Positions 33,380 to 46,409 of a DNA stretch of 64,000 bases are shown here, in pieces. Position numbers and translations under genes: made by a program. The DNA lies in contig NC_047082.1 of the NCBI RefSeq assembly GCF_902459465.1, positions 7,378,001 to 7,442,000 of the forward strand. The letters run 5' to 3'. The notes under the pieces are model-generated. The model made no database searches and was not told the origin of the DNA. It saw only the letters and a list, made by a program, of their open reading frames with translations. Source of the DNA: Asterias rubens (lineage: Eukaryota). Positions within the stretch are counted from its first letter, which is position 1. Each line of letters starts with the position of its first letter.

Positions 33380-34944
33380 TAGTGTTATACCCGGCCCTAT
33401 ACATCTTATTAAAAAAAAAAAAAACATGACTGGATTGCACAATGTGAGACAGAAGGGGCTTGCACAATGATGACAACTACCCATCAATCTTTGTATGACT
33501 CATTCTAACCATGATCCATTGGAGATGCTGGGTTAATTTTTCTCTCTCTTCTTTTTTCCCGAGGTTTTCATCCGTACCAAGAACCATGGCAACCGATTTG
33601 TGTGATGAGTCACCAAATTATTGAGAAATGGCCAAACGATACGAAATGCTAGTGGGTCTAGCTCAAGGGAGAATTGAGAGAGGATGGGGGGGGGGGGACG
33701 CTGGATTCTGAGGTTAAGTTTGCTCCGAGTGGAAACCACTCTGAGGAATAACATACAAGGTTTTAAGATCCTCGGGGATAAGAAACAGGGGGTGATGGTG
33801 AAAGAAATTCTTGACTTATTGACTTGATGAATGTCCTCAATGAACTGACTCAGTAACCTGATTTGCAATGCAAAAAATATATCAATTTAAAAGGAGTTTA
33901 ATATTGGCCACAGGGGCTCTATTTATAACAGGTGTCGGTGGTGTGTTCACACACGACAATTAAAACTCATGTCTGTGATAAAGGTTGTTATAAAAATGTT
34001 GCCAGAGCCGTCTATTTAGAAAAAAAACTTATTGTGAGAATAGTTTGCAGAGCTCAAATTTAGGGTGAAAATCCACAAGATCACAAAGCTCAAAAAGTTT
34101 GAGTGACCAACGTTTTTGCCAAGAAAAAATTATGTCTTTACGCTGAACATTTGAATTTTTTTAGAGCGAGCACCCGCTGCTCGGGCCTATGGTCTAGTGT
34201 AAATTTGTCGAGGCCTGAAGTTGGATGTGACATCTAGAAATGAAAGTAGCCCTAAGCAGAAGATTGAAACACCTGTCAAAAGAACGAATATCAGACATTC
34301 TTGGGGGAAATACATAATTAATTTAACATTTCGAAACATTCTGTGAACTGAAATTAAACTTCAGTGACGGACTCCCCTGCATTTCGTGACGTGCTTTTTG
34401 TTGTGTTAATAAATTGTGTTACGAATAAAAGGATGGTCAGTACCTTAAACAAAATTTCCGTTACTTGAAATCAAAACAAAATTATCTTAATTGAATTATC
34501 CATTGGTTTACTAACCCAAAACAAAAACCACTTTAGACATTGGTGTGATCGAGAAGGCGATCCCGAAATGTTCGATTCCTTGTTTATTTAGTTTATGTTA
34601 TTTTATCTTTTTTGTCCCCCTTTTTTTTTTTTTTTAGTTTCGTGCGTTGTGCAATTTACTGTTCTAATTCTACGTACTCAAACTCCCCATTATCTCGACG
34701 TAAAGACAAAAAAAACTGTTGGTGATTTTTTTCTTCAGGACATAACAAATACCAAATCGGCACACCCCTTCTCATAAGTTTATGCTAATTTAAATGTGTC
34801 ACAAGAGTCACAGAGCGTCGACAATTCAGATTGTGGATGAACAGAACCTGGTCAACCAAAATAATGAAACCGTTTTCGCAACCAATTTTCACCTCAGAGA
34901 AAAAAAACATCGTCTCTCGATCGATATGACAAGACCGGGGCCCA

Positions 34945-35320
34945 ATGTCATAGAGTTGCTTAAGCAAAAATAAAATTATAATAAAATCACTGCTAAGCAA
35001 TAATGAGCAACATACCGGTGACATGAGACGTAGTATTTTGGCTGGTAACCTTATTCTGGTGAGCATAATTTTGTTGTGCAATCTCATGGTTCTGCTTGTC
35101 GCCAAATTATTCGCTCATCGAGCCATGTTAAAACACTTAACTCCATGGGACATAAGCCCTTACAGACTATTAAGCACAACGAAATTATGCTTACCAAAAT
35201 AAGGTTACCAGCCAAACTACCATGCCACAGTGTACAATTTGTGGTTGGTACCATGCTCATTTCTGCTGACAATTGTTAAGCAATATTTTCAGCTTAAGCA
35301 GCTCTATAAATTGGTCCAGA
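34945..35320. mobile_element. Foldback element of the dispersed gctaagca family
   Basis: Arms tttggctggtaaccttattctggtgagcataattttgttgtgc (~35037-35080) and gcacaacgaaattatgcttaccaaaataaggttaccagccaaa (~35173-35215). Confidence 0.6.
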
Positions 35321-37885
35321 ATTCTGCTGTATACAGCTGAGCCATGAGGGCTCACTAACGGCACCTTGCACTGGCAAAGGCAAAACTATCAAAAATGCCG
35401 TCAAACAGCAGTTTCCTTAATTAGTTGATGTACCACTTAACTGTGTTTCTCGCCGGCTACAGAGTTAAGTATACATTAGGAGCTTTTTTCATTTAGAGGA
35501 ATTAGCTCTGAATAACTTAAATCTTATTTTTGTGTTCCATCCACAAAATATCTCTATGGCATGGAAAGACTTTCACCGTCGCATAAAACGAAGAGTAAAA
35601 GACTTTTAATACTCGGGCTACCTAAACAAAACAAAAAAAAACTCAATGTTTCATGTCTTGTTCTGTATGACCATTTCAATTCCAAACTGTTAAATAAAAA
35701 ATGTATTTCTACTTTTGAATAGTAAAGACTTAATAGGCCAAGTAACCTGTGAACGCACACTAAACACTTATCACGTACCGTTAACGATGAGTCTTGGCAT
35801 GCACTTTGCTTCAGGTACAAGAAAATCACACAGCAATGAAAAATCACAAAGAAACCTACCTGTGAAAAACCATGGTAAGTCCTCTGCTAAAAACCCGCCA
35901 AATCCTTTGCAATGAAGTAAAGCCTCGTCTCCTAATAATCACACTAGCAACGCATCATCTTACAATTGGGATCTTAAAGTGTTCGGCATATATTATAGAA
36001 ATATATTCCATCAGCAGAGTATTTTCCTCATCTTCCCACTTCCCGCTTCTTGTCTCACTCCGATGTGCTCAAAGCTCACTGCATCAACAACGTGACTAAT
36101 ACACTGTCCATGTTTTTATCGTCTGACTTCATCAGCCATCTGCCTTTCTTGGACGGTACCCAGAAGGACCCTGACAACCAAATCGTTGTTCATGTCAGGG
36201 ACAACATAAAACAATTTATACAACGAGAAGATGTTAACGGCGTATGTATTTTTTATACTTGAAAACCCCAATACACAAGACTTCAGATAATTTATTTAAG
36301 CAGAATGTTTAATACCGGTAATACCTCTGAGTACCGTCTATGCTTCTTTGTTATCGGTATCGGCAAAATGATGCACAGTGACTGCGTTCATATACTGCGT
36401 CAAGGCTAGACTTGGTTCCAAGTCTGAGATCGCGGTTATTCCTCCACAGTCACGTAGCGCCACACATAGGTATCACGCACCCCAACTTTGATCGTTATGG
36501 GCTAATGGCGGAGGTTACTCAACAAGAGGGCGCTATTTCATGCAATAATGTTCTCGACCAATAAAACTTAACAGTTTGTTACCGAGGTATAACAAGATCA
36601 ATGAATTTATAGTGGTCGATTTTTTTTTTTTTTTTTACTTTCATGTGTGTGTTAACCCAAAACTACCAAAGGGTTTTATCCAGCTTTTGCTAAACCAAAT
36701 TCCGGGATGTGACATGATTACGGGAAAACATACAGAGAATACACACTGAAGTTTGTTGGGTCATGATCTGTCAATCCGAAGCATTGCTGTTTCTTAGAAT
36801 TTAAAGAGGTTGGCTGCTTTACATGGTATTATGAACTCTCATCCAGTAACCACACACAAACGCGCCCTCTGTCCCAAATCAATGGTGCATGCGTGCAATA
36901 ATTGAGTGAGTGTTCATAATCCCATGTATAGCCACAGGCCTGCTTTGATCTGGGCAACTGAGCCATAATTGACCCAAGCTGTTATTTATAAGTTTGATCA
37001 CACAAATTAATCTTAAAATTCACTTGTGCGTTTTTACACATTTCCCTAGTGTATGAGAGGATAAACGTTGATATCACTGGATGGGAAATGACTATTTTCA
37101 GCATTAACTGATTTGCGAAGTATTTCTTCGTTCTCTGAACTTTCCCAAGAAAAGTCTTCCTGCACCCGCATCTACGTCCGCATCATCATGGTGACCTTGG
37201 TCTGCTTAACTCGCTTTTTCTGACCAGCTGAAGAAAGATTTGTGCAGAAATGATACTGCCGAGCAGTAAAGAAATGAAACCTCACCGAATTGTTTCTTGA
37301 GGATATTATTTTTAATGTTACTAAAATATTGAAGAGCCACAGAGCCTGGACTTCCTGCAGGCACGATTTGTACACAGCTCAATGGAAGAAAGCGTAAAAT
37401 CTTATATTTTATGGAGATTGCACTGTCTAATTCTTATCAACTTTTGATATTACCTCCATGATAAGATGAAAGGGGGCACATCTCAAAACTAAAATACTCA
37501 TCTCAAATACCCCATTATTGTGCCTGCCAGAATACTCAAAGAATGTACAAGGTCACACTTATTGTAAACAAAGTTCACACGGTCATAATGACCTCTTTAT
37601 TCCCCGGGGTCCAAAGGTTACTGAGACGACCAACGTGTTGTGGTTGTACATACTGAGCGGTGGGGTTGTACAGAATAGCGTGATACTGAAACAGCGCCGC
37701 ATACTCGATGTGTGTACCGATGTGCTTTTAGATTCCTTAGCTAATTTTGTTCTGTTGAGAATTACGCTACAAAATAACTGTCGCACTATTAATTAGGTGA
37801 CAGGTGTTTCATGAGGTAAGACCATTTAGAAACGCTTAAAGTTTTTACTACTCATTCATTCACATTATGTAAACAATAGTTATGC

Positions 37886-37956
37886 TAGTTGCGATAATCG
37901 TAACCCTCCATCCTCCCGACGGTCGGGAGGATGGAGGGTTACGATTATCGCAACTA
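37886..37956. mobile_element. 71-bp perfect palindromic insertion with 9-bp TSD
   Basis: 35-bp arms tagttgcgataatcgtaaccctccatcctcccgac / its exact reverse complement, 1-nt loop; TAGTTATGC at 37877-37885 and 37957-37965. Confidence 0.88.
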
Positions 37957-38458
37957 TAGTTATGCCTTCTTTTCAGTTCAAATTCGAAAATTAATTCAAT
38001 TCAATTATCACATGTAACAAACCATCATATAAGTTGTTCTTGCTCCTAGCTCTATGCTCAATTCAATGGTACAATAAAAAGGGAAGGAACAAGCATGGAG
38101 GAATAAGTTGTGGAAAAACGCGGGTAAGGGAAAGGTCGCGAATGAGCCTATATAGTATGTGAGGGTCTACGTGCACATTTGTTTGCCCGTCCCCACAACA
38201 AAGTGCATGTTCTTTCACAGTACAGTGGGTTTAACAATTTCATTGAATGAAGGCTAAACAAAAATCACAAATTACTACGTGGGAATGCCTCAAAATATCG
38301 TTCCCTTTTGTTAACCGAATTACATGTATATGTAGTATCTAGTGTGTGTAAAGCAAACCTCCTCATTAGTCTACCGAAGGAGAGCTCACTACCAAGATTT
38401 AATTTCGGAGGTACAGAAAAATCACCGCGACTGGAGGAAGACTCTGGTGGGGGAAATC

Positions 38459-41400
38459 ATGTGGACTGTACCGTTCATCTTTCTTGTGGCTGCGGTGACG
38501 TCTTATGTGCTCGTACCAACAGAAACATCACTCGTTCTAAGTGAATTCCCAGGTGCGTATAATAATTTTGTATTTCTTCAAATCGATTCCAATTGTCCAA
38601 CAGTAGATCAATGTTGTTTTGGTGTAAAAAACCATGGGAATTGAGGGAAATTAATTTAATGCCAATTGCCACAGGCAATTCATCAAACATTTGGAGTAAA
38701 ACTGTTTGAAGACTGCTGCATGATTTTATTTTCACTGCCAATGGAAGGGTTATACTTGACTTGATTTATTATTAAATTTAATTCAGACCAACAACCTGTA
38801 GGAATTGTTTTACTTTCATAATTTGATACAATTTAATTTTTGTATAAAGAAAAAGAAAAAACATTTAAACAATGCTGATCAAAAATATTTATTTATTTTT
38901 GTTTTCCCTAACAGTAAATAAAACCAGTGTCTCAGCTTTGTTCACAATTCTATCAGTGGTCACATTCATCAGGGATTTCATGGAACACAGACAAAAACCA
39001 CCAAGAGAAATTGAAAAGACATCGCCTCCCTCTACAGCCCAACCTCAAACCTCAACCCCATTGCCTCCAAAGAGGTGTATGCGAGGCGTCATAATACAGA
39101 GCTATGGTGAAGACAGCATCAGTGTGAGTAACGAGGTAGCTCGTCCTGAGGTTACTTACGTTGATGAGGTGTTAGTACGAGTTCATGCAGCTTCCGTTAA
39201 CCCTCTCGACATAAAGATCAGCACAGGGATTGGACAGGAACTTTGCAATAGCATGAGGTCTATGAAAGGAGTAAGTTTTGACATCAAGTTAGGGTCTCAA
39301 AATAATGGGTTTTGGAGTTGTACTTCATTGTTTCAACTGTGAAGGGAGGCAGCACACAGCCTGAACCCCCCCCCCCCCCCCTTCCAAGTTGAGTTCCCTC
39401 CAAGAAACATGAGCAAGTTGCATAAACCATATACAAAATTGGTTCATCAAATGAAAATTGTTGTACCGTTTCTTCTTGAAATGATCTTAGGAAAAAAATA
39501 ATGGATAACTTTCCGTATGGCGCCACCAACTTTTCACTCATTTTTACAAAAAGGGATATCTCATTGAGGTAAATTAGATACTATATTATTTCATATCGAA
39601 TGAAAAAGTGGTGGCGCCATGCGGAAACTTTTCCAAAATAATTATGGTTTGGGTTGAACTAAGAAAAATTAACCAGAGTGGGATTTGAACCCCAAATGTC
39701 GTGATTAATGTGCCATAGAGCTGAGCTATCCTGCCCTATAAACATTGTCAGTCTCCCTAGTTTTGGCAATATCTTTGTTTGGGGATGCCAGTCAGAGAAG
39801 CAAGTCAAAGAAGCCGTCTGTTGTTTTCAAAGCCATCAAGGCATCATATGTTTTTCATTGCTTGTGACATCTTGAAAATATTTGTATTTATTTATTGAAT
39901 TTGTAAAGATTTAACATTTGTTTCCAATCTAGATGCCTGCAGGAGGTGGCAGGGAGTTTCCCATTATTCTTGGAAGAGATTTTTCAGGAGTAGTGGAGCG
40001 TGTTGGGTCAAAGGTCACAAAGTTCAAAGTGGGAGATGAAGTAAGAAAATATAATAATTAAATTTATTTTACAAGACCAGAGTCAAAAATTAGTTGAACA
40101 AAAAGCACTAAGAGAATGCTAGGCTAAAAAAAACAACAGAAAACCGTACAAATTCTCTGTACAAGATATATTGACTGATAACTCATTTTAGGCTAAGCAA
40201 AAGTTATCTGGGCTTAGCAAATGTGGACCTCCATTGTTCACTCTACACTACTTTTAGTTCTCATGCATGTAAATAAGGGACCATTGCTTACGAGCTTCTT
40301 AAATGGATCGATCCCTTCACAATGTCACCATTGTCACTTTTGCTCTGCATACAGTTTTTTGTATTTTCCTTCCTTAATAACAACTTCTTTTTATTTATGT
40401 CATTTTTGATTCTTTGTGAATGAATTCTTGAAATGTGACCTAATCAGGATTGTTTGAACCCAGGTGTGGGCCACTCTACCATTCTACCATCGTGAAGGCA
40501 GTATGGGTGACTACATTGTCGTAACGGAGGAATTTCTCTCTAAGAAGCCAAGAAACATCAGCCATGAGGAAGCTGCAGCATTGCCTAATGTGGGAACTTG
40601 TGTCTGGTGCTCATTGGTTCTCACTGCTGTCATTGGATCAAAGAGAACTAAACAACAAAGGTTGGTTGGAAACATTTTCACAAATAGTCAAATATTTAAA
40701 AAATTTACAGGGGCCCTTTAACCTAAGAAAGTACAAATATTTAAAAAAACATAAACTCTATTAAAACCTTATTGTCATGGGGTGTCATTAATTGACTCAC
40801 AAGTTAATGGGGGCTCGGTGTTAAATGTAAAATAAAGCGCTAACACAGTGTTGCTTATGGTGCCTGATTCATTTTGTTGCTCAGCAAAGAATCGTTTGCT
40901 AAGCAGTATTTTCTGTATTAACAGCTTTATTAAATTGGGTTCTTGTCTGCAGGGTTTTAATTACTGGCGGCACAGGAGGGGTCGGAACATTTGCAACTCA
41001 GCTCATCAAGGCATGGGGAGGTCATGTGACAGCCACTTGTCAAGACGCACATGGAGTGAAACTTCTTAGTGATCTTGGAGCAGATTATGTCATCAACATC
41101 TCAGAGGTTGATTTAGAGACTTCTCTTATCGACAAACCAAAGTGAGTTAAGGATTTATCTCTGTTAAGCTTTGGGGAAATCTTGTGTCATGGATAAGAGC
41201 ACCGGACTCAAGCTCTGGTGTTTCTGATCAGCAGAGTGTGGGTTCGAGTCCCGGTCATGACAGGTCTGTCTGTCCTTTAGCAAGACACTTTCCCATAATT
41301 GCTTTGTCCTTCGGATGGGACACTAAAGCCTGGTTCATACTTCCTGCGAATATGAAGCAAATTTTTACATCACAGGGCAGTTTTCGATGTGAATGTTTCA

Positions 41401-43416
41401 CAGAAGTTGAACACATCTCCACTCTTTTGAATTATTCAATGCGACTTTGTGACATCAAAATTCGTATCGCTTTCAATTATATTCTGCGACACTGTACTTA
41501 AAGTCAAATACATGTACATCCAATATGTGTATGTTTAATCTAAAGGAATATTTTATGATTTTTATCCTAAGGTTTGACGTAATAATTGACACCGTAGGTC
41601 CTTCAGTTCGGCAGGCATGTTTTAAACTGTGTGATAAAAAGAGTTTCTTTGTCAGCATGGTGTCCCCTTCCCTTGAAAACGCTGATAAGTATGGAGTGAT
41701 GGTCGGAGCTTTTTTGACCAACTTCTCGAAAATGAAACAGGTGAGGCAAAAAGTTCACGTAATATAAAGTTACTTTTGAAATGAAATCATCGAGTGAGGT
41801 TTACTGTAACACCATATGAAATTCTCTCTTTTGATTTGTGCTGGCTCCTAAAAAACCTGTAGTTGACAACACTACTCAAAAGAGATTTACACCAGGTGTT
41901 ATTTCAAACCTCGCCTAATTATACTTGACTCCCACCATGCAAAGTTTCAAATCCTACTGAAATCAATTATTAGTTTCTGTCATTCAAATATTGAACTTGC
42001 ATCTTTAATAGTTAAGCAAATTCTTATATTGCCAGGGGCATGTATGCTTGGAAGACGGACTTCAAGTTTGAGGGACATATAGGCCAAGACGGGGGGCAAC
42101 CAACACAATGTCCACCATGATATGGAGGCCTTCTCTTTGTCTTAGTCTAGACATAGTAGATCTATTAAAAATTGAAACAAAAAAGTTGAGGCATATCACT
42201 CGGGTGGGATTCGAACCCATGACCTTTGCAATGGGAGACTTTCTGGGACGATAGAGGGCAGCAGACTTACCGGGTAAATCCATTGTTCTCAGAATTATGC
42301 GCATGTTCAGAACTACGTAAACAATGGAAATTTACCCGGTATGTCTGCTGCCACCTAGCGTTGGAAAGTCTCCTATTCTACAGCAATGTCATACCAACTT
42401 AACCACCGAGATTGCGCAGTTGCTTAGCTAGAGGCAGTTCAAATCCTATGTACATGTTGGCGGTCACTCTACTTTGTTCGGGGTGCCAGTCCGAGTCAGA
42501 AGCCAAAGTCTAGAAATATAATAATAATATTTTTTCTGTTTGTCAGTCTTGGGCCAACAGATGTGACTTTCGATGGGGTTTTACTCTACCTGAAGGGAAG
42601 ATCCTTGACAGAATAACAAAATATGTCGAGGCAAAGAAGGTAAGCACAAAGATAGACCTGTATGCTTTTGTTTTCAAAAGGGCAAGGGCACCAAGGCATG
42701 TTCTCCTTGGTAAAGGGCACCCTATGAGGAAATTGTAAGTTTCTACTGGAGCATTGCAAGGGCACCAGGGCAATGACCAGGGGGCATGGAGGTAATCGCC
42801 ATCGTTGCCTCCATAAAGTAGCAGGTCTGTTTAATCAATAACTTACTGGCATATTCCCCCAAAGATTTAAGAAATTCTCACGAATGGTTATGTAATGACG
42901 AGGGAGAACTTTGTTTTTACCTTCAATTGCACCAACCTTCTCTGCATACTATACTAAAAATGAAAGTACGTGATTGGTCAGTGGAAGAGTAAATTAACTC
43001 CCATTCATTATTTTTTTGTAATGAGCCTGTGAAAATTTCATCACATTCTAAAAGGAAAGGGTAAAAATCAGTCATGTTTGAAATAACAATAAGTATTGTA
43101 TGCGTGTAACACTAAGTATTGTATGGGGGGCCTCTTCATGCAATTTTTCTTGAATTAACATTTCAGAATAATTTATTTCTCTAGATTTCTCTAAAACTAA
43201 TCAACAACAAAACACTCAAAATAACTAAAGATTCCTTACTGAATTTCTGCTTTTTCTTCATAACACTTCAATCATGTTTTTAACAACATCTCTTTTTGTG
43301 TTTTTCAGATAAAACCGGTTATAGACCAAGTGTACAAAGTGGAGGAAGCCAAAAAAGCATTTCGACATGTAGAGACTGGCCCAACGAAGGGGAAAACGGT
43401 CGTCACATTTGAATAA
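38459..43416 (+). CDS. RTN4IP1: Reticulon-4-interacting protein 1-like NADPH:quinone oxidoreductase (MDR family), 8 exons, 433 aa
   Basis: Exons 38459-38540, 38915-39270, 39933-40040, 40464-40660, 40953-41141, 41572-41740, 42547-42639, 43309-43416; total 1302 nt. Motifs EVLVRVHAASVNPLD, FPIILGRDFSGVV, EEAAALP, VLITGGTGGVG, FRWGF, IKPVID, GKTVV. Exon 1 is the least certain; orthology versus paralogy not tested. Confidence 0.85.
39510..39635. mobile_element. ~130-bp MITE with ttccgtatggcgccacc TIRs
   Basis: Further copies at ~52570-52815 (two, adjacent) and ~62680-62810. Confidence 0.8.
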
Positions 43417-45059
43417 CCTTAACCTAATTTCACAAGGTAGAAAAGTTGAACAAGAGACTATTTTCACTAATTGTGTTCTGGCTGCGACTTTATTCATAAG
43501 AAAGTCTACTTGTACATCTCAACCTGTGACCTGATTTGAACGACGGAGAAGTGTAAAGGCTCACGGTCCACACTATTCGAGTTGAATCCATGCAATATTT
43601 TTCCTGGCATTTTTACAAAGCTCAACAGATTTGAGTAATTCCTTTGTCAAGTTCCTATTAACAAGCTTTTGATGAAATTTTATGTTGAAATAAAGGACTC
43701 GAATACATGTACAACTCAGGACTGTGACTTTATCAAGTGATTTTTTAGAAATGTTTGTCTTTTGTTAGAAGGGTTATTTTTTATTTGTTCCATTGTTTTA
43801 TCAGCCCTTGAAGATTGCACAGAATTTGTTCCATATGGACCAAGACCTTAAATTTCACTTAGACTTGGTGAAAGACGATGTGGTTCCTTATCACTCGACT
43901 ATAATTTCCTATAACTTGTGCCATGCATACCACCGGTAATACCGGCATGATAGAGGGCGCCGTTTGTAAAACTTTAATCATCCACCACACACAAAACAAC
44001 CACCAGGTTCGAGGATTACAGAGAAAGTCCTCTAACCCAACCTAGCGGTGGCACAGTCAAACTAACGTGAGACTGTTTGGCACCAATAGTCCAGCTGCTA
44101 AGGCCCATATGTGTACAAATTGTGCACTTTGTGGTAAAAGCATGAAACTTCCTGCAGTTGTTATATACACCCTAAAGATCATTTTAAGACTTGGACCCAT
44201 CTTGGATCTCACCCATTTTAGGGGTGGGGCTACGTTTTAAGAAAGTGGGGGGTAACAAATTTAATATGTCAGTTTTGACTATTTGAAAAACAATTCTGCT
44301 AATTTTTTTAGACTAAAATACATGATAACAGTTCAATAATTATTTGAAAATTAATAACTGTCTTGAATTCTGCCCATTTTGTGGGCGGAGTCGTATTTTT
44401 AAGAAAGAAGGGGGTAAAAAATGTAATAATGTTAATTTTGACAAAATTTGCTTTTCTCTGCTCATTTTTGTTAGACTAAAATACATAATAACAGTTTAAC
44501 AATTATTTAAAAACTAATAACTGTCTTGAATTCTGCCCCTTAGTGGGCGGAGTCGTATTTTTAAGAAAGTGGGGGGTAAAAAATGTAATATGTTAATTTT
44601 GACTAAATTTGCTTTTCTCTGCTCATTCTTTTAGCTTCTAGACTAAAACACATAATAACAGTAAAATAATTATTTAAAAATTAATAACTGTCTTTATTCC
44701 TGCCCCTTTTGTGGGGGCAGTCACATTTTGTTAAAGTGGGGATAAAATAAAACATGCTATTCTAGCCCCTTGATTGTTGTACTGATACATGCAAAACCGT
44801 GTAAATACATGTATAGACATTTAATTACAATATTTCTACATTTTCAGTATGCACTACATAGTTGTTTGCAGTAACAGCGTTTACAATTTACTCACAGCAC
44901 TTCTTCGCTCCCTCTTGAGAGTAAACGATTGGTTGGGTGCTAAACAAATCGAACCAGCAGTGATGCCTTAATGTTGAGTATTCTTATACAGTTTTTGCCT
45001 CTCCAAATTCCCACAAGAGCTCATTCGAACTGATGATGTGGCCCGACTCTACCCATCAG

Positions 45060-45250
45060 CCCCCAAAATGCTATACAGATACCTCAACCAGCAACACCCA
45101 AGCATCAAGTTCACCGTGTTCACCATGGGACAAGGGCAGTCTGGCAATAGCTGTCTATGCCTGATCCCCACCACAAAGAAACAAGACAACACCCTCCACC
45201 ACAGTTTCCAATGAAAAATAACCAACATTGACCGTTGTACACCAGTTCTT
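45060..45250 (+). mobile_element. Degraded Penelope-like reverse transcriptase fragment
   Basis: Translation RYLNQQHPSIKFT resembles the PLE motif LNSxHPxIKFT; a downstream KITNIDR resembles KPTNTDRY. Confidence 0.5.
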
Positions 45251-45383
45251 CTTTCATTACCCTAGCATCTAAACACACCCTCTTGTTCAAGGTTCCTAAA
45301 ACTTGTGTCTATGGTGTTCAGTATATAGGACAGGATAGCCTTTGTTGGAGTTGTGGGTTTGCCAGTCTGAGTGATTCAATGCC

Positions 45384-45645
45384 GCCGTTCTGCTTTCTTT
45401 TGTCATGTCGCTCGCCTGGCTGACAACACCCCAGCTAAAAACGCTCTTTGCATCGCCAGCAACTCCAGGGGAGGCCTAGCACCAGCTCCTGGCTGGAAAA
45501 TATCCAGAGGCCGTCCAAGATCATCTTGGGGTAAACAACTGCCTGGCCTAGTGAAATCGACCACAAAGCTCTATAGGACGTGGACACAGGAGATCGGTGC
45601 GACTGACCTTTGCTGTCTCTGCAGTTGATTAATTGAGTCAGAGTG
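45384..45645 (+). mobile_element. RTE-clade LINE 3' end
   Basis: FCHVARLADNTPAKNAL...PAPGWKISRGRPRSSW is typical of RTE C-termini, followed by a short tgat/tgag-type tail. Confidence 0.7.
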
Positions 45646-46180
45646 AAGAGAATTGGCTAGTTGGAGTGACGAGTTTAATAGTGCGGAACCGGTTCAGGAG
45701 GTACATTTTGCCATTGGGAAGGTCTATCCCCGGGAACTGGATGGTGCGATCCTTTTTCATCAGGAACTTGTGCCGTCTGGACCTTGCCACTGCGTGCGCC
45801 GCTCTTCTGCTTTAGCTTTAGAGAACCATCACTGATATGGCACACTCTCTTTGGATCATCTGAATAGGGAAATTTGCCTTACTCAGGACTGGTAGCCAAT
45901 CAGTCTTTGTGCAGCTAACAGCACCAGCGATGGTCCTCATGGTGCTGTTCAATTGAATATCGAGTAGGCTTGAGAGTTTCTCCAAACTGGATCACAATAC
46001 TCAGCCCCCAGTGGCAGATAGCTATAGCACCGATGAGCAAAGTGTTTCGGCATTTGCTACCAAGAATTTACCAGTGAGATTGTGGATCATATTGTTTCTG
46101 GTCCCAATTTTGACAGTCACCTTCTGCAGAGGAGTTTTAAAGGCAATTGTAGGGTCACAGCAATGGTATGGACAGCTACA
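45620..46180 (-). mobile_element. Old Ingi/Vingi-like LINE fragment (with stops and frameshifts)
   Basis: Minus frames give FKTPLQKVTVKIGTRNNMIHNLTG, AEYCDPVWR, LDIQLNSTMRTIAGAVSCTKTDWLPVLS, FPGIDLPNGKMYLLNRFRT. Confidence 0.7.
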
Positions 46181-46409
46181 GTTTCAACCAGATTAACACC
46201 ACCAAGCCGCCCCAAACTTAACTATATGTTCCCATACCCAAGGTCAACCACATACCACTACTCACTTTCTTCCGTGTATGTTCCATCAAGCAGGCATAAG
46301 GCCAATATACCCTCCGCTCACAAGAAACTTCATCATAAAACGAGGGATTCTTTAACCGACCACCGAATTGACTATAGTGCTGCAGAGCTCATCACTCTCA
46401 TTCAGCCTT

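Noticed and set aside
37518-37796. 92-aa plus and 67-aa minus ORFs upstream of RTN4IP1
   Set aside because: No recognisable homology or convincing splice partners.
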